Virus record (IMG/VR): IMGVR_UViG_3300028840_006257
Location: 149,011 to 213,010 of that record
DNA length: 64,000 nt
Strand: one strand, 5' to 3'
Shown here: positions 29,501-38,358 of the stretch, in pieces
Layout: each line of letters opens with the position of its first letter
How positions within the stretch are numbered: position 1 is the stretch's first letter
Notes under the pieces: generated by a model
Told to the model about the DNA's origin: nothing
Seen by the model: only the letters and a program-made list of their open reading frames with translations
The model's database searches: none
Program-made: the position numbers and the translations under genes

Positions 29501-30570
29501 CCGAAGACTCGGAGATGCTCGCCGCCATCGAAAGGTTCAGCCGGGAGATGTTCGGGGAGGAGCCCGCCCTCGACGACCTCGTCCGGCGAGCGCGGTCGGG
29601 CTCCATGACCCTCCAGGAAGTCGTCAGGGAAACGTGGAGGATCGCGGCGATCTACCCCAACTTCGACAGCGAGCTGAAAGACGCGCTCTGCTCCGCGTTC
29701 GGCCTAGAGACGGCCTCGACGGAACTCGCCCGGTTCCCGGATAGGGACAGGCTGCTCGAGCGCTGGGGTTTCGCCGAGGAGGACCTGATCTACCAACCCT
29801 TCGAGGAGCGCCCCGACTACAAGATGCTCCATCCGCTGCTCATGGGCATGATCGTCGAGCTCATCCAGTTCGATGGCGACGTGCCGGAGCTGCGGACCGG
29901 CCGGATGCCCGAGGGAGGCAGCCCGGCCGTCCCGGTCGAGACGACTGCCCGCGATCCCGTCATGATAGGGGCCATGCTGCGGACGGCCAGCGCCGAGGTG
30001 GCCGGAGAGCTCCGCGCCGCCGAGGAGACACATGACCGGAAAGTGGGGAAGCTCGCCGAGGCACTCAGCGGCGAGGAGGGAGGAACGGAGTTGGTACGTC
30101 AGGAAGCCGAGCGCGCCGTCGGAGTCCCGGGTTACGAGCCGGGGAGGCGAGCACGTCCTCGTCGGGTCGACGCTCCGTTGTCCTCGGAGCTGGCCCGTCT
30201 GCCCTTCAGGGAACGACAGGAGCTTGCGCACAAGACGCTGACGAGCACGCAGGGACGTCGGTCGGCGGCTCCGGTGATCGCGAGCGGGGTCCTGGAGGAG
30301 CTCCACGAGCGGGGGTTCACAGGCGTGGCGATAGGAGAGGGATCCGAGAGGTTCGCGGAGGCCGAGTGGATCGTCTCCATCGACGGAGGACGAGGCGAAC
30401 GCAACCCAAACTTCAACTTCATCGAGACGGCGACGAGGGCCATCGCGGCCAAGCTAGGGAACGAGCTGAGCGGCAATGCCAGCCGCTACACCCGCTTCCG
30501 TCTCCAGGTCAGGCCCGTGAACGAGGTCTCGGAGCGCCGCGTCGGTTGGCGCGCGGTCCTGTGCGAGTAA
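29497..30570 (+). CDS. hypothetical protein
   Basis: GAGGAGG RBS, GTGA overlap. Confidence 0.7.
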   Translation: MTEDSEMLAAIERFSREMFGEEPALDDLVRRARSGSMTLQEVVRETWRIAAIYPNFDSELKDALCSAFGLETASTELARFPDRDRLLERWGFAEEDLIYQPFEERPDYKMLHPLLMGMIVELIQFDGDVPELRTGRMPEGGSPAVPVETTARDPVMIGAMLRTASAEVAGELRAAEETHDRKVGKLAEALSGEEGGTELVRQEAERAVGVPGYEPGRRARPRRVDAPLSSELARLPFRERQELAHKTLTSTQGRRSAAPVIASGVLEELHERGFTGVAIGEGSERFAEAEWIVSIDGGRGERNPNFNFIETATRAIAAKLGNELSGNASRYTRFRLQVRPVNEVSERRVGWRAVLCE

Positions 30571-30652
30571 GGAGGGATCACGAACGGGGCTGGAGACGGC
30601 CGACGGCGCGCCCTCGAGACGGGAGCACTGTTCTTCGTGTATTAAGAGCAGG

Positions 30653-31015
30653 ATGGATCTCGAGGTCACCCACATGCTCGTCCTCGGTCGGATGATCGAG
30701 CACGCGCGACGCACGCGCGAATGGCTCGTCGTCGTGGCGCCGGAGCGGTCATTTCGCGGGCTCCTGCGCGTCCTCCCGGGGATCGCGCCCGCCGAAAGCC
30801 GCGTCCTGGGTTGCACGGTGCTGCTTTCCGACGGAGGGCGCGTGACCCTGACCGAGACGTCGCGCCCGGTGCATGGAGACGGTTACCGGGTCGCCTTCCT
30901 GGGCGTCGACGGTGCCGGGACGCCCCGCGAGGAGATCGCCATGCACGCGTGGCGCGAGGCGGCCCGGGGAACTCTCAGCCTGGGCGACAGACCCGGAGAA
31001 CTGAGGATCGGATGA
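30653..31015 (+). CDS. hypothetical protein
   Basis: ORF in a coupled gene run. Confidence 0.55.
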   Translation: MDLEVTHMLVLGRMIEHARRTREWLVVVAPERSFRGLLRVLPGIAPAESRVLGCTVLLSDGGRVTLTETSRPVHGDGYRVAFLGVDGAGTPREEIAMHAWREAARGTLSLGDRPGELRIG

Positions 31016-31452
31016 TGGCCCACCGCGAGTTCTGGATCTTCGAGGTCCTCGGCGGCCAGTCCTTCGACATGCGGGTGACGGGCAACCCGACCATGCGTCA
31101 CGACGGGAACCGCTCGATTGTCCGCTGTCTATGCACGGACGAGCAGGCGGCCGAGCTCGAGGACGAGATGCGGCGCCGAGGATGCCGGGTTCGGTCGAAC
31201 TCGCCCAGGGAGGACGACGAGCAGGCACACGAACGCGAGAACCTGCTCGCCGTGCTCGGAGGGGAGCGGGCGTTCCCGTGCGAGCGCTGTCCCGAGTGTG
31301 CATGGTTCGACCCCCACTTGGAGAGCTTGTGCGGAGCCGGGTTCGCCGTCGCGGGTCGGGGTTGGGAGACTTCGGCCCGCGACGGTGCCATGACGAACCA
31401 GAAGTTCCGCGACGACTGCGAGGCATGTCCGCTGCGGAGGGAGAGCTCTTGA
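31012..31452 (+). CDS. hypothetical Cys-rich protein
   Basis: GAGG RBS, ATGA overlap; CxxCxxC and CxxC. Confidence 0.65.
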   Translation: MMAHREFWIFEVLGGQSFDMRVTGNPTMRHDGNRSIVRCLCTDEQAAELEDEMRRRGCRVRSNSPREDDEQAHERENLLAVLGGERAFPCERCPECAWFDPHLESLCGAGFAVAGRGWETSARDGAMTNQKFRDDCEACPLRRESS

Positions 31453-32078
31453 GCGACGAGACGGAACGCAAGAACCCCGTCCTGGAGGTGAAGGACGGTG
31501 GCTACCCGGGCCGGGAAATGCTCGACTCGCTCAAGAAGACGTTGTTCGACACGGGCGGCGACAACTACCTCGGCAGCGGGATGACCTTTCACGACTGGTT
31601 CGCCATGATGGACCTCCTGCGCTACGACCGATGGCAGGCGACGCAGGCTCCCCACGAGAAGCGCAGGCGCATGAGATACCTCATCTCGCTCTGCGCCGAG
31701 CAGGCTCGCCTCGTGGAGGAGAGCATCCAGGCCACCGGCATCTCCGAGATGCTGATCGAGGATCTGATCGCGGGAGACTGGAAGGGGGTCGACTGCTGCA
31801 TCCAGAGCTTGAAGTTCGAGGGAGAGCGCCCGGAGTACCGACAGCCTCAGGCCGAGCGGTTCGCCCGCTTCGTAAAGATCGCCCAGGAGGCGTACGACAC
31901 GCGCCCCAAGGTGTTCTGTCCCGTGTGCATGCGCCCCGCCCCGAAGGAACACGTCGGGGCGTTCCACGACGGACGCCACGTATGTCCCTGGTGCGAGGTC
32001 GTCCACGACGACGAGGGAAACTACGAGGACAGGGCCAAGGCCAACCTCAGGCCCGTGAAGGAGTCCGAGGATGGCTGA
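31449..32078 (+). CDS. hypothetical protein with C-terminal Zn ribbon
   Basis: TTG start after GGAGG; CPVC...CPWC. Confidence 0.6.
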   Translation: MSDETERKNPVLEVKDGGYPGREMLDSLKKTLFDTGGDNYLGSGMTFHDWFAMMDLLRYDRWQATQAPHEKRRRMRYLISLCAEQARLVEESIQATGISEMLIEDLIAGDWKGVDCCIQSLKFEGERPEYRQPQAERFARFVKIAQEAYDTRPKVFCPVCMRPAPKEHVGAFHDGRHVCPWCEVVHDDEGNYEDRAKANLRPVKESEDG

Positions 32079-32460
32079 GCAGCTCCCGCTCGGCACGCGC
32101 CTCGATCCTCCGTGTCCCGAGTGCGGGGAACCGATGGTCCTGCGCGACAGCAAGTACGGGCTGTTCTACGGGTGCAGTGCCTTCCCTCAGTGCAGGGCGA
32201 CGCACGGCGCCTATCCCGACGGTCGTCCCCTCGGGACGCCAGCCGACAAGGAGACGAAGAAGGCCCGCATCCGAGCTCATGACTGCTTCGACCAGTTGTG
32301 GAAAGGCAGGCACATGGGCCGTGGCGAGGCGTACGCCTGGATGCAGGAGGCGATGAGTCTCTCCCCGGAGGAGGCCCACATCGGGAGATTCACGATCGAC
32401 CAGTGCGACCGACTCGAGCTGCTCGTGGACGAGTACCTCGAGGAGAAGGACGACAAGTGA
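32071..32460 (+). CDS. topoisomerase C4 Zn ribbon plus DUF3268-like domain protein
   Basis: CPECG.PMVLR..KYG.FYGCS.FPQC; LGTPAD..AH..FD.LW..AY.W..HIG. Confidence 0.75.
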   Translation: MAEQLPLGTRLDPPCPECGEPMVLRDSKYGLFYGCSAFPQCRATHGAYPDGRPLGTPADKETKKARIRAHDCFDQLWKGRHMGRGEAYAWMQEAMSLSPEEAHIGRFTIDQCDRLELLVDEYLEEKDDK

Positions 32461-32717
32461 TGGACGCGGACACGCTCACCATGCTGCTCCTGGGCCACTG
32501 GACCATCGAGACCGACTGCGGCCCATGTCTCCGCCTCGTGCGCCATACGAGGTACACGGACCTTCCCGACGTCGAGGGGCCGTGGGTCTACCCGGAGGAC
32601 GCCGGGCTGCCTCGCTTCTGCGACGACTGGGACGCCACCCTTCGGGTCCTTTTGCCCTTGGCCGTTGACTCAATCATGGAACATCTCAGGAAGGAAACCC
32701 ATGGAGAGACCATATAA
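32460..32717 (+). CDS. hypothetical protein
   Basis: Coupled small ORF. Confidence 0.5.
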   Translation: MDADTLTMLLLGHWTIETDCGPCLRLVRHTRYTDLPDVEGPWVYPEDAGLPRFCDDWDATLRVLLPLAVDSIMEHLRKETHGETI

Positions 32718-32997
32718 GCGGTGGGTTCAGAGCTTCTTCACGCCCGAAGGGCGAATGGGGGCGTGGGTCGTCGTCTGCGACTCCGAGGAGCAGGCGGACG
32801 CCGTGCTCGACGCCTTCGGGAAACCTCGGGACGGCGAGTCCGAGCTCTCGCTAGACCAGCAGGCCGGGCTGGCCGGGCACCGGACGGGGACCGGACTTCC
32901 GGGGTTGTCGATGCAGCGAGAGGCCGAGCTGGCGCAGCCGGGGGTGCACGAGCCAGCGCCGAAGGGTGACGATGGATCGCGTCGGTTCCCTAGGTGA
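32701..32997 (+). CDS. hypothetical protein
   Basis: AGGAAGGA RBS. Confidence 0.5.
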   Translation: MERPYKRWVQSFFTPEGRMGAWVVVCDSEEQADAVLDAFGKPRDGESELSLDQQAGLAGHRTGTGLPGLSMQREAELAQPGVHEPAPKGDDGSRRFPR

Positions 32998-33187
32998 GCG
33001 TCTGCGCTGGCACAGACAGGCGACCGGGATGACCGGCGCCGAGGTCGCTGCGGCGCTCAAGGTCTCGCCCGCCACGCTGTCTCGTTGGGAGAACGATCTG
33101 TTGTCACCCCCCGTGGTTCAGCTCCGACTCTTGGCGCGCGTGCTGGTCATTCCCGACTACTGGAACCTGCTGAGGGGCCCGGACTGA
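32972..33187 (+). CDS. XRE-family HTH regulator
   Basis: LGERLRWHRQ..GMT..EVA..LKVS..TLSRWEN. Confidence 0.85.
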   Translation: MDRVGSLGERLRWHRQATGMTGAEVAAALKVSPATLSRWENDLLSPPVVQLRLLARVLVIPDYWNLLRGPD

Positions 33188-34005
33188 TGCCACACGAAAT
33201 GAGATTGAAAGATGCTTTGACGGGCCTCCGCGAGATGGGCGACGGGTCTGCCAATCTTATCGTAACCGATCCTCCGTATGAGTCCTTGGAACGCTGGCGT
33301 GACATGGGGACGACCACGAGGCTCAAAAAGTCCAAGATGTCGAACAACCCGTGGTTCCCGACGGTCCCCAACGACTATTTCGTGCCGTTCTTCGTGGAGT
33401 GCTACAGGGTTCTGGCGAGCAACACGCACATGTACGTGATGTGCGACGAGGAGACATCCGAGGCGCTCAGGCCGATGATCCGCGCCGCCGGGTTCAGCCT
33501 CCGCAAGTCGCTCATCTGGCACAAGGTCGGGAAGCTGGAGAAGGTTTCGTGCCCGAGGTGCGGGACGCACGTCTGTGACCGTCGCGCTCCGGGGACGCCC
33601 GGCATGGGCTATCCGTACCGCTCGGCCTACGAGATGATCCTGCTCGCCGAGAAGGGCAAGAGGAAGCCTCCGGAGGACAGGTCGGTCCGCAACGTGCTCG
33701 AGGAGGGCTGGATCGACGAGGCGTGGATCAAGAGCCAGGACGCGTACCCGACGGAGAAGCCGGTCGCGCTCTGCCTGCCTCTGATAAGGATCTCCTCCGA
33801 GAAGGGCGACCTCGTGCTCGATCCCTTCGCGGGCAGCGGCTCCGCGGGCGAGGCGGCGTTCGAGCTCGGGCGCGACTTCCTGGGTTTCGACGTGCAGCAG
33901 GAGGCCCTCGACAGGTTCGAGGAGCGGCGGCAGCACTGGACCTACGAGAACCCGGAGGAGGCCCCGAAGGTCACGGGGGGCATCCTCGATTTCCTGTCAC
34001 ACTAG
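33187..34005 (+). CDS. N6A DNA methyltransferase (beta class)
   Basis: VTDPPY, YPTEKP, DPFAGSGS. Confidence 0.9.
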   Translation: MPHEMRLKDALTGLREMGDGSANLIVTDPPYESLERWRDMGTTTRLKKSKMSNNPWFPTVPNDYFVPFFVECYRVLASNTHMYVMCDEETSEALRPMIRAAGFSLRKSLIWHKVGKLEKVSCPRCGTHVCDRRAPGTPGMGYPYRSAYEMILLAEKGKRKPPEDRSVRNVLEEGWIDEAWIKSQDAYPTEKPVALCLPLIRISSEKGDLVLDPFAGSGSAGEAAFELGRDFLGFDVQQEALDRFEERRQHWTYENPEEAPKVTGGILDFLSH

Positions 34006-34010
34006 GAACG

Positions 34011-34692
34011 TCACCACAGGCGCCGGAGATCTCCCTTCTGGTATGCCTCCCAAGTGGTGCGTTTTCGGGTGCGATGGTCCACGACCTGGTTGCGTTGGAC
34101 GGCGATCGTCCGTCGTTTGTCCCCACGCGCTCCACGACCCACCTGGGCCTTCCTGTCGGCGTTCCGCCCCCGCGTCTCCCTAGCGTCGATCTTGGCCTTG
34201 AGACGCGCCCTCAGGACGGCCAGGGCCGTTTGACGGTTGACGTGCTGGCTGCGACCGCCGTCGATCCTCACGGTGATGTCCGAGGGGCGGTGCGACAAGA
34301 CCACGCAGCTGTCGGTCTTGTTCCGATGCTGGCCTCCCTTTCCGCTCCCGCGCGTGAACGACTCCTCGAGGTCGCGAGGGTCGATGTGGAGCTCGTGCTC
34401 CTCAGGCTCAGGAAGGACGGCGATCGTCACCGTCGACGTGTGGACGCGTCCGCGCTTCTCGGTCGGAGGGACCCGTTGGAATCTGTGACCCCCGGCCTCA
34501 TGGCGGAACGCCGCCACGGCCCCACGTCCTGCGACGCGCATCAGGAGGAAGCCGGGTCTCGCCTCGAGGATCTCGTGGTCAAAGACCCTCCTGGGCCATG
34601 AACTTCTCGTACACCCGGTACTGGACGCGCACGAGGTCCTTGGAGTCGTCGCCGCCCTCGGCAGCCCTGATTTCCACGATCACTCGTTCCAT
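34011..34692 (-). CDS. class I peptide chain release factor (RF1-like PxT, GGQ, lacks domain 1), made via +1 programmed frameshift, about 226 aa
   Basis: ORF1 MERVIVEIRAAEGG..EGL stops at TGA 34581-34579; the +1 frame continues DHEIL..EAGGHRFQRVPPTEKRGRVHTS..GSGKGGQHRNKTDS..RSQH.N. Confidence 0.9.
34578..34592 (-). promoter_or_regulatory. prfB-type +1 frameshift cassette AGGAG-GGT-CTT-TGA-C
   Basis: Internal SD 3 nt before CUU UGA C, the same layout as bacterial RF2. Confidence 0.88.
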
Positions 34693-34772
34693 TTCGATTT
34701 GTCTACTTCCTCTCGCGCTCGGGCGCAAGATGCCGTTGATGTTCGTGCTCGTGTGGACGTGCGCGAACCTGG

Positions 34773-35193
34773 CTAGAGGAATCCTGGAAACGAACCCTGA
34801 AACTCGTAGTCCGATGCAAGCCTGATTCGCTTAGCCTGTTTGTTGCGGGAGGGTGCGACACGCAGAGAAGCTTTCCTTGTTCCAACATGTTCGACCGGTA
34901 CTAAGTACACGGCATCCAACTCTGGTGAGTACACGGCAAAAAACTCGATTTCTTCTCGGTAGGCTCTCGTCTCGCCCGTGTTCCAGTTGTTGGAACATGT
35001 CGAAAAATTGAGGGCTCCTTTGAAGACCTTGCCGGTCTTGCACTGAATACGAACGAAACGACCATCCTGATCCACGACCAAATCGTACCTCTGTGAGTCT
35101 CCGAAGGGAGTCAGAACAACCAACCCTGCCCGCAAAAAATCTAGCAATCATTTGCGCTTCAGACCGTTCTCCGATCTCCTTTGGGGTTGCCAT
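34773..35193 (-). pseudogene. PD-(D/E)XK endonuclease (group I intron-associated type), frame broken at a T6 run
   Basis: MATPKEIGERSEAQMIARF joins LRAG..PFGD..RYDLV..IQCKT only if one T of 35134-35139 is removed; low GC. Confidence 0.75.
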
Positions 35194-35228
35194 AGAGCTA
35201 AGATATCACAACCCCCATCTCTTGTAAC

Positions 35229-35321
35229 TGGCGAGCGAGGAGGGATTTGAACCCCCGATGGGACTTGCGTCCTCTGGATTAAAAGTCCAGTGCGTTCGGC
35301 CAGGCTACGCGTAACTCGCCC
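35229..35321 (-). tRNA. tRNA-Lys(UUU) with long variable arm and encoded CCA
   Basis: GGGCGAG/CTCGCTC-G-CCA; CTGGA-CTTTTAA-TCCAG; GGAC-GCAA-GTCC variable arm; TTCAAAT loop. Confidence 0.85.
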
Positions 35322-35386
35322 ACAACTGATGGAGCAGGGCGCCGCGCGTTTGAGTCTGTGGTGTGTAACCGACATCGTCTTCTCGG

Positions 35387-35459
35387 TGAGCCGGGTGGGT
35401 CACGATCCCACGGCCTGCGGGTTAAGAGTCCGCCGCTCTGCCTACTGAGCTACCGGCCC
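35387..35459 (-). tRNA. tRNA-Lys(CUU)
   Basis: Cloverleaf, loop CTCTTAA, atypical T-loop ATCGTGA. Confidence 0.88.
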
Positions 35460-35509
35460 TGGAGACGCACTCCAGCGATGCCCGAGGGCACGCGAGGCGT
35501 CCCCCCAGG

Positions 35510-35539
35510 CTAGGTCTTGCGTTTCAGTCGGACAGTCAC
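35510..35539 (-). CDS. putative leaderless mini-ORF MTVRLKRKT
   Basis: GTG 8 nt after the -10 box; AAA and AAG codons; upstream of both Lys tRNAs. Confidence 0.4.
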   Translation of the reverse strand: MTVRLKRKT

Positions 35540-35547
35540 GGGAATCC

Positions 35548-35576
35548 GTTGTACGCGACGAGGGGCGCCCTGTCAA
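35548..35576 (-). promoter_or_regulatory. sigma70-type promoter
   Basis: TTGACA-17-TACAAC. Confidence 0.7.
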
Positions 35577-35585
35577 GCCTCGGGC

Positions 35586-36506
35586 TCAGACGATGCACTC
35601 GCACGGCCGGTTCTCGTTCTCCTCCTCCTGCTCCTGGAGGACCGGGGAGAAGTAGTCGAAGATCGTAGGGCGCCCGTGCCACTCGAGGGCCTCTCGAGCG
35701 TGGGCCCAGAAGAGGGACGCCTCCGTGTTCTCGGTCGCCTCCACCTTCGCCTCCCTCATGATCGCGAAGTCGGCCTCGAGCTCCTCTAGCCGGACGTTCC
35801 GCAGGATGGTGTGGCCGATGTGGGCCTCGGCCTTCTTGGCCTTCTCCCAGAGGTCGGGTCGGGTGCAGTAGACGATGTACCAGTGGCGCCTGCCGGCCCT
35901 GAGGCACGCCGTGCAGTTCGCGTGCTTGAAGACCCCGTAGGTAAGCGGCGGCTCTATCCCGATCTCCCTGGTGGACTCGATGGTGCGGCCGGTCCAGCGA
36001 GCGAGTGGGTAGTCGGTCTGGTATCCCATGTCCCCCAGGACGGCCGTGCGCCTCTCGATCCTGTGATCCTCGTACGCGTCGAACCCGTAGTAGACGACGC
36101 AGTTCTTCTCCGGTTCCATGTTCGCCGCGAGCCACTTGTGGAAGGGCTCCGTCTTGAACCTGTGCGTGCAGAGCACGGACGTGGCGCCGACCTTGAAGCC
36201 CGTGTGCTTGATGCAAACGTCGAACTGGTCCATCGTGTCCCAGCTCGGATAGTTCGCGTACGTGATCTCGACTCCGAGGTAGCCGGCGACCTCGCGCTTG
36301 AAGCGCTTGATGTCCGGGTCCTCGACCGACGGGTTGATGTCGTGGTTGAGGAGGATCAGATTCTCGGTCCCGTGGCGACGCGCGACCTCGACGGCCACGA
36401 GCGCCGAGCTGTGGCCCCCGCTGAAGCACACGACGTGCTTCGTGGTCTCGTCGATCCTCGGCATCATCTGGGGGTCTCCTAGAGGACGACCAGCGAGGTC
36501 GCTCAT
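35586..36506 (-). CDS. PAPS-reductase-like (PP-loop) protein
   Basis: VCFSGGHSS PP-loop; CT..FK.EP, YPL, HANCTAC; C-terminal PCEC. Confidence 0.75.
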   Translation of the reverse strand: MSDLAGRPLGDPQMMPRIDETTKHVVCFSGGHSSALVAVEVARRHGTENLILLNHDINPSVEDPDIKRFKREVAGYLGVEITYANYPSWDTMDQFDVCIKHTGFKVGATSVLCTHRFKTEPFHKWLAANMEPEKNCVVYYGFDAYEDHRIERRTAVLGDMGYQTDYPLARWTGRTIESTREIGIEPPLTYGVFKHANCTACLRAGRRHWYIVYCTRPDLWEKAKKAEAHIGHTILRNVRLEELEADFAIMREAKVEATENTEASLFWAHAREALEWHGRPTIFDYFSPVLQEQEEENENRPCECIV

Positions 36507-36534
36507 TCTACGCCCCGACGGACCTCGGTCCTTT

Positions 36535-36822
36535 TCACGAAAGGTCGAGTTCCCGCAGCTGCTCGTGAAAATCCAGCAGATGCCGCCGTTCCTGGCGCGT
36601 GAGTGCCTCGAAGCTGCGGCCGAAGACCGTGAAGCCGAAGTGGCGACGCGGATTCCCGCACGAGTAACACGAGCACCAGGCCAGGTTGTCGGCTAGGCGC
36701 AGGGCCGCCTGATGGAGCTCCTCCTCGGTGAAGCGGGCGCCGCTCCACCAGCGCCTCTGGATCCTCTTGACGTGGGCGATCATCCTCGCCCGGTGATGGC
36801 GACGCAGGGCTCTCTTGGACAT
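36535..36822 (-). CDS. small basic protein with CSCxxCGNPR motif
   Basis: GAGGAGG RBS; Arg-rich. Confidence 0.7.
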   Translation of the reverse strand: MSKRALRRHHRARMIAHVKRIQRRWWSGARFTEEELHQAALRLADNLAWCSCYSCGNPRRHFGFTVFGRSFEALTRQERRHLLDFHEQLRELDLS

Positions 36823-36946
36823 GACGGCCTCCTCGGCCCGCCCGGTCCCGAGAGCCTCCTGCTCCGGGCCGGGCTAGGTCGTGATCGGACCGCCGCGTGC
36901 CTTGTCGCGCATCACGCCCCCTCTATACATCAACTCGAGGCCCGTG

Positions 36947-37579
36947 TCACCGTTTGAAGGGTCGTTCGACCTCGGAGAGAAAGCGGTATCCGAGAGAGTC
37001 GATCTCCTCTCCGAAGCGACGCCGGACGATGGCCCTGGTCTCGTCGTCGTAGTAGGACGGCCACGGCATCTTCTCGGTCGTGACGTTCGTCCAGGAGAGG
37101 CGGACGGGCTCGATTCCGAACCTGTCGAGGAACATGTCGAGGTCGTCCTGGAGGCGCTCGTAGCGGAGGGCGTAGTCCGCGTCCTGCCAGAAGATCTTGC
37201 CGGTCCTGAGGTACGGACCTCCGGGCATTCCCTCGTCGTAGACCTCGACGAAGTGACGGAAGGTGACCTCTCGGTCCAGGTGCTTTTCGAGGACTTTCCT
37301 CTGTCGCAGCCACCAGGTCACGAGCAGGTCGTACGGGTTCCTGATCGTCGTGACGGCCAGCTCGACGCCCACGAAGGAGTCGGGTTGGCGCTTCCTCAGC
37401 TCGGCGCGCGTCGCGTGGTGGGTCGCCCTGGGAAACCAGTGCTCGATCTCGAGGTCGCGGACCTCGTTGATGTCGCTGACTACGGCCCCCTCTAGCGTCG
37501 CGAGGGCTCGCGTGGTGGCGATGGAGGCCGTGTGCGGGGTCGCCAGGTAGATGAACCTTCCGGGAAGTAGGACCGCCAT
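36947..37579 (-). CDS. sulfotransferase family 2-like protein
   Basis: FIYLATPHTAS, IRNPYDLLVTWW, RYERLQDD, YYDDE..LGYRF. Confidence 0.7.
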   Translation of the reverse strand: MAVLLPGRFIYLATPHTASIATTRALATLEGAVVSDINEVRDLEIEHWFPRATHHATRAELRKRQPDSFVGVELAVTTIRNPYDLLVTWWLRQRKVLEKHLDREVTFRHFVEVYDEGMPGGPYLRTGKIFWQDADYALRYERLQDDLDMFLDRFGIEPVRLSWTNVTTEKMPWPSYYDDETRAIVRRRFGEEIDSLGYRFLSEVERPFKR

Positions 37580-37665
37580 CGTGCGTCCTCGTGGGCGCGT
37601 GCGGCCCACGTCTAGGGGCCGTCAAAAGGGCGGTTATCGTCCCCCGAAGATCGGCGCGTGACCGC

Positions 37666-38358
37666 TCAGGCCCTGCGCCTCTCGTCGAGGATGGCTTGGA
37701 TGGCCCGGAAGCGACGGTTGCTCTCCTCGGCGAGCTCGTCGAGGCTCATGGGGACGATCTCGCGCTCGAGCCACGCCCCCAGGCTCTGCGGGGCCTCGGC
37801 CGGAGGGACGCCGAGGTGCAGATAGTGAGGTTTCACGGAGAGGAGCTGCCGCACCATCGGTCGGCTGTGGGTCGTGACGAACACGCCCCTCGTCTGCTCG
37901 GGAAGATCGGCCACGAACTCGGCCACGACCGTTCCAGCTCCGGCCGCGGCCGCCTCCCCCATGCCGATGTCGGGCTCGTCCCAGTAGAGGAGGTGCGAGT
38001 GCGTCCGAGCTCGGCACGTGCTGATGGCCGTCCTCACCGTCATTCCCGAGTTCTCTCCGGTGGAGCGGAAGCCCTCGTCTCCGTAGACGAAGCCCTTCAT
38101 CGCCCCCATCATGTTCATGCCGGCGCGGGCCTCCATGCTGAGGTGGATGACCTCCTTGATGGAGGTGTGGCTCTTGGCCGACGCCTGAACGCAGCGTCGG
38201 AAGAAGCTCTTCCCGCTCGCGTTCTCTCCGAGCACGAGGAAGAGGGGCGACGACCCCTTCACCCAGAGGGCCGGGATGGCGGGTTCGTCGCCGACGAAGT
38301 ATCGCCAGCTACCGAGGATGTTTCCGACGATCCAGAGGCCGGTGCTCGGCTTGCTCAT
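37666..38358 (-). CDS. stand-alone ABC-type ATPase
   Basis: GENASGKS, STGE signature, WDEPD, VTTHS. Confidence 0.8.
   Translation of the reverse strand: MSKPSTGLWIVGNILGSWRYFVGDEPAIPALWVKGSSPLFLVLGENASGKSFFRRCVQASAKSHTSIKEVIHLSMEARAGMNMMGAMKGFVYGDEGFRSTGENSGMTVRTAISTCRARTHSHLLYWDEPDIGMGEAAAAGAGTVVAEFVADLPEQTRGVFVTTHSRPMVRQLLSVKPHYLHLGVPPAEAPQSLGAWLEREIVPMSLDELAEESNRRFRAIQAILDERRRA

Noticed and set aside
35229-35321. Ochre suppressor (UUA) or selenocysteine tRNA
   Set aside because: The 5-bp stem fixes the loop as CTTTTAA, giving anticodon UUU; the acceptor and T stems are 7/5.
35322-35386. Cognate-codon leader for the long-arm tRNA-Lys
   Set aside because: The ORF MSVTHHRLKR.. has only one AAA, far from the tRNA, so it was not counted. 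tRNA-CAU at 47488 and the Val and internal Thr tRNAs also lack clear leaders.
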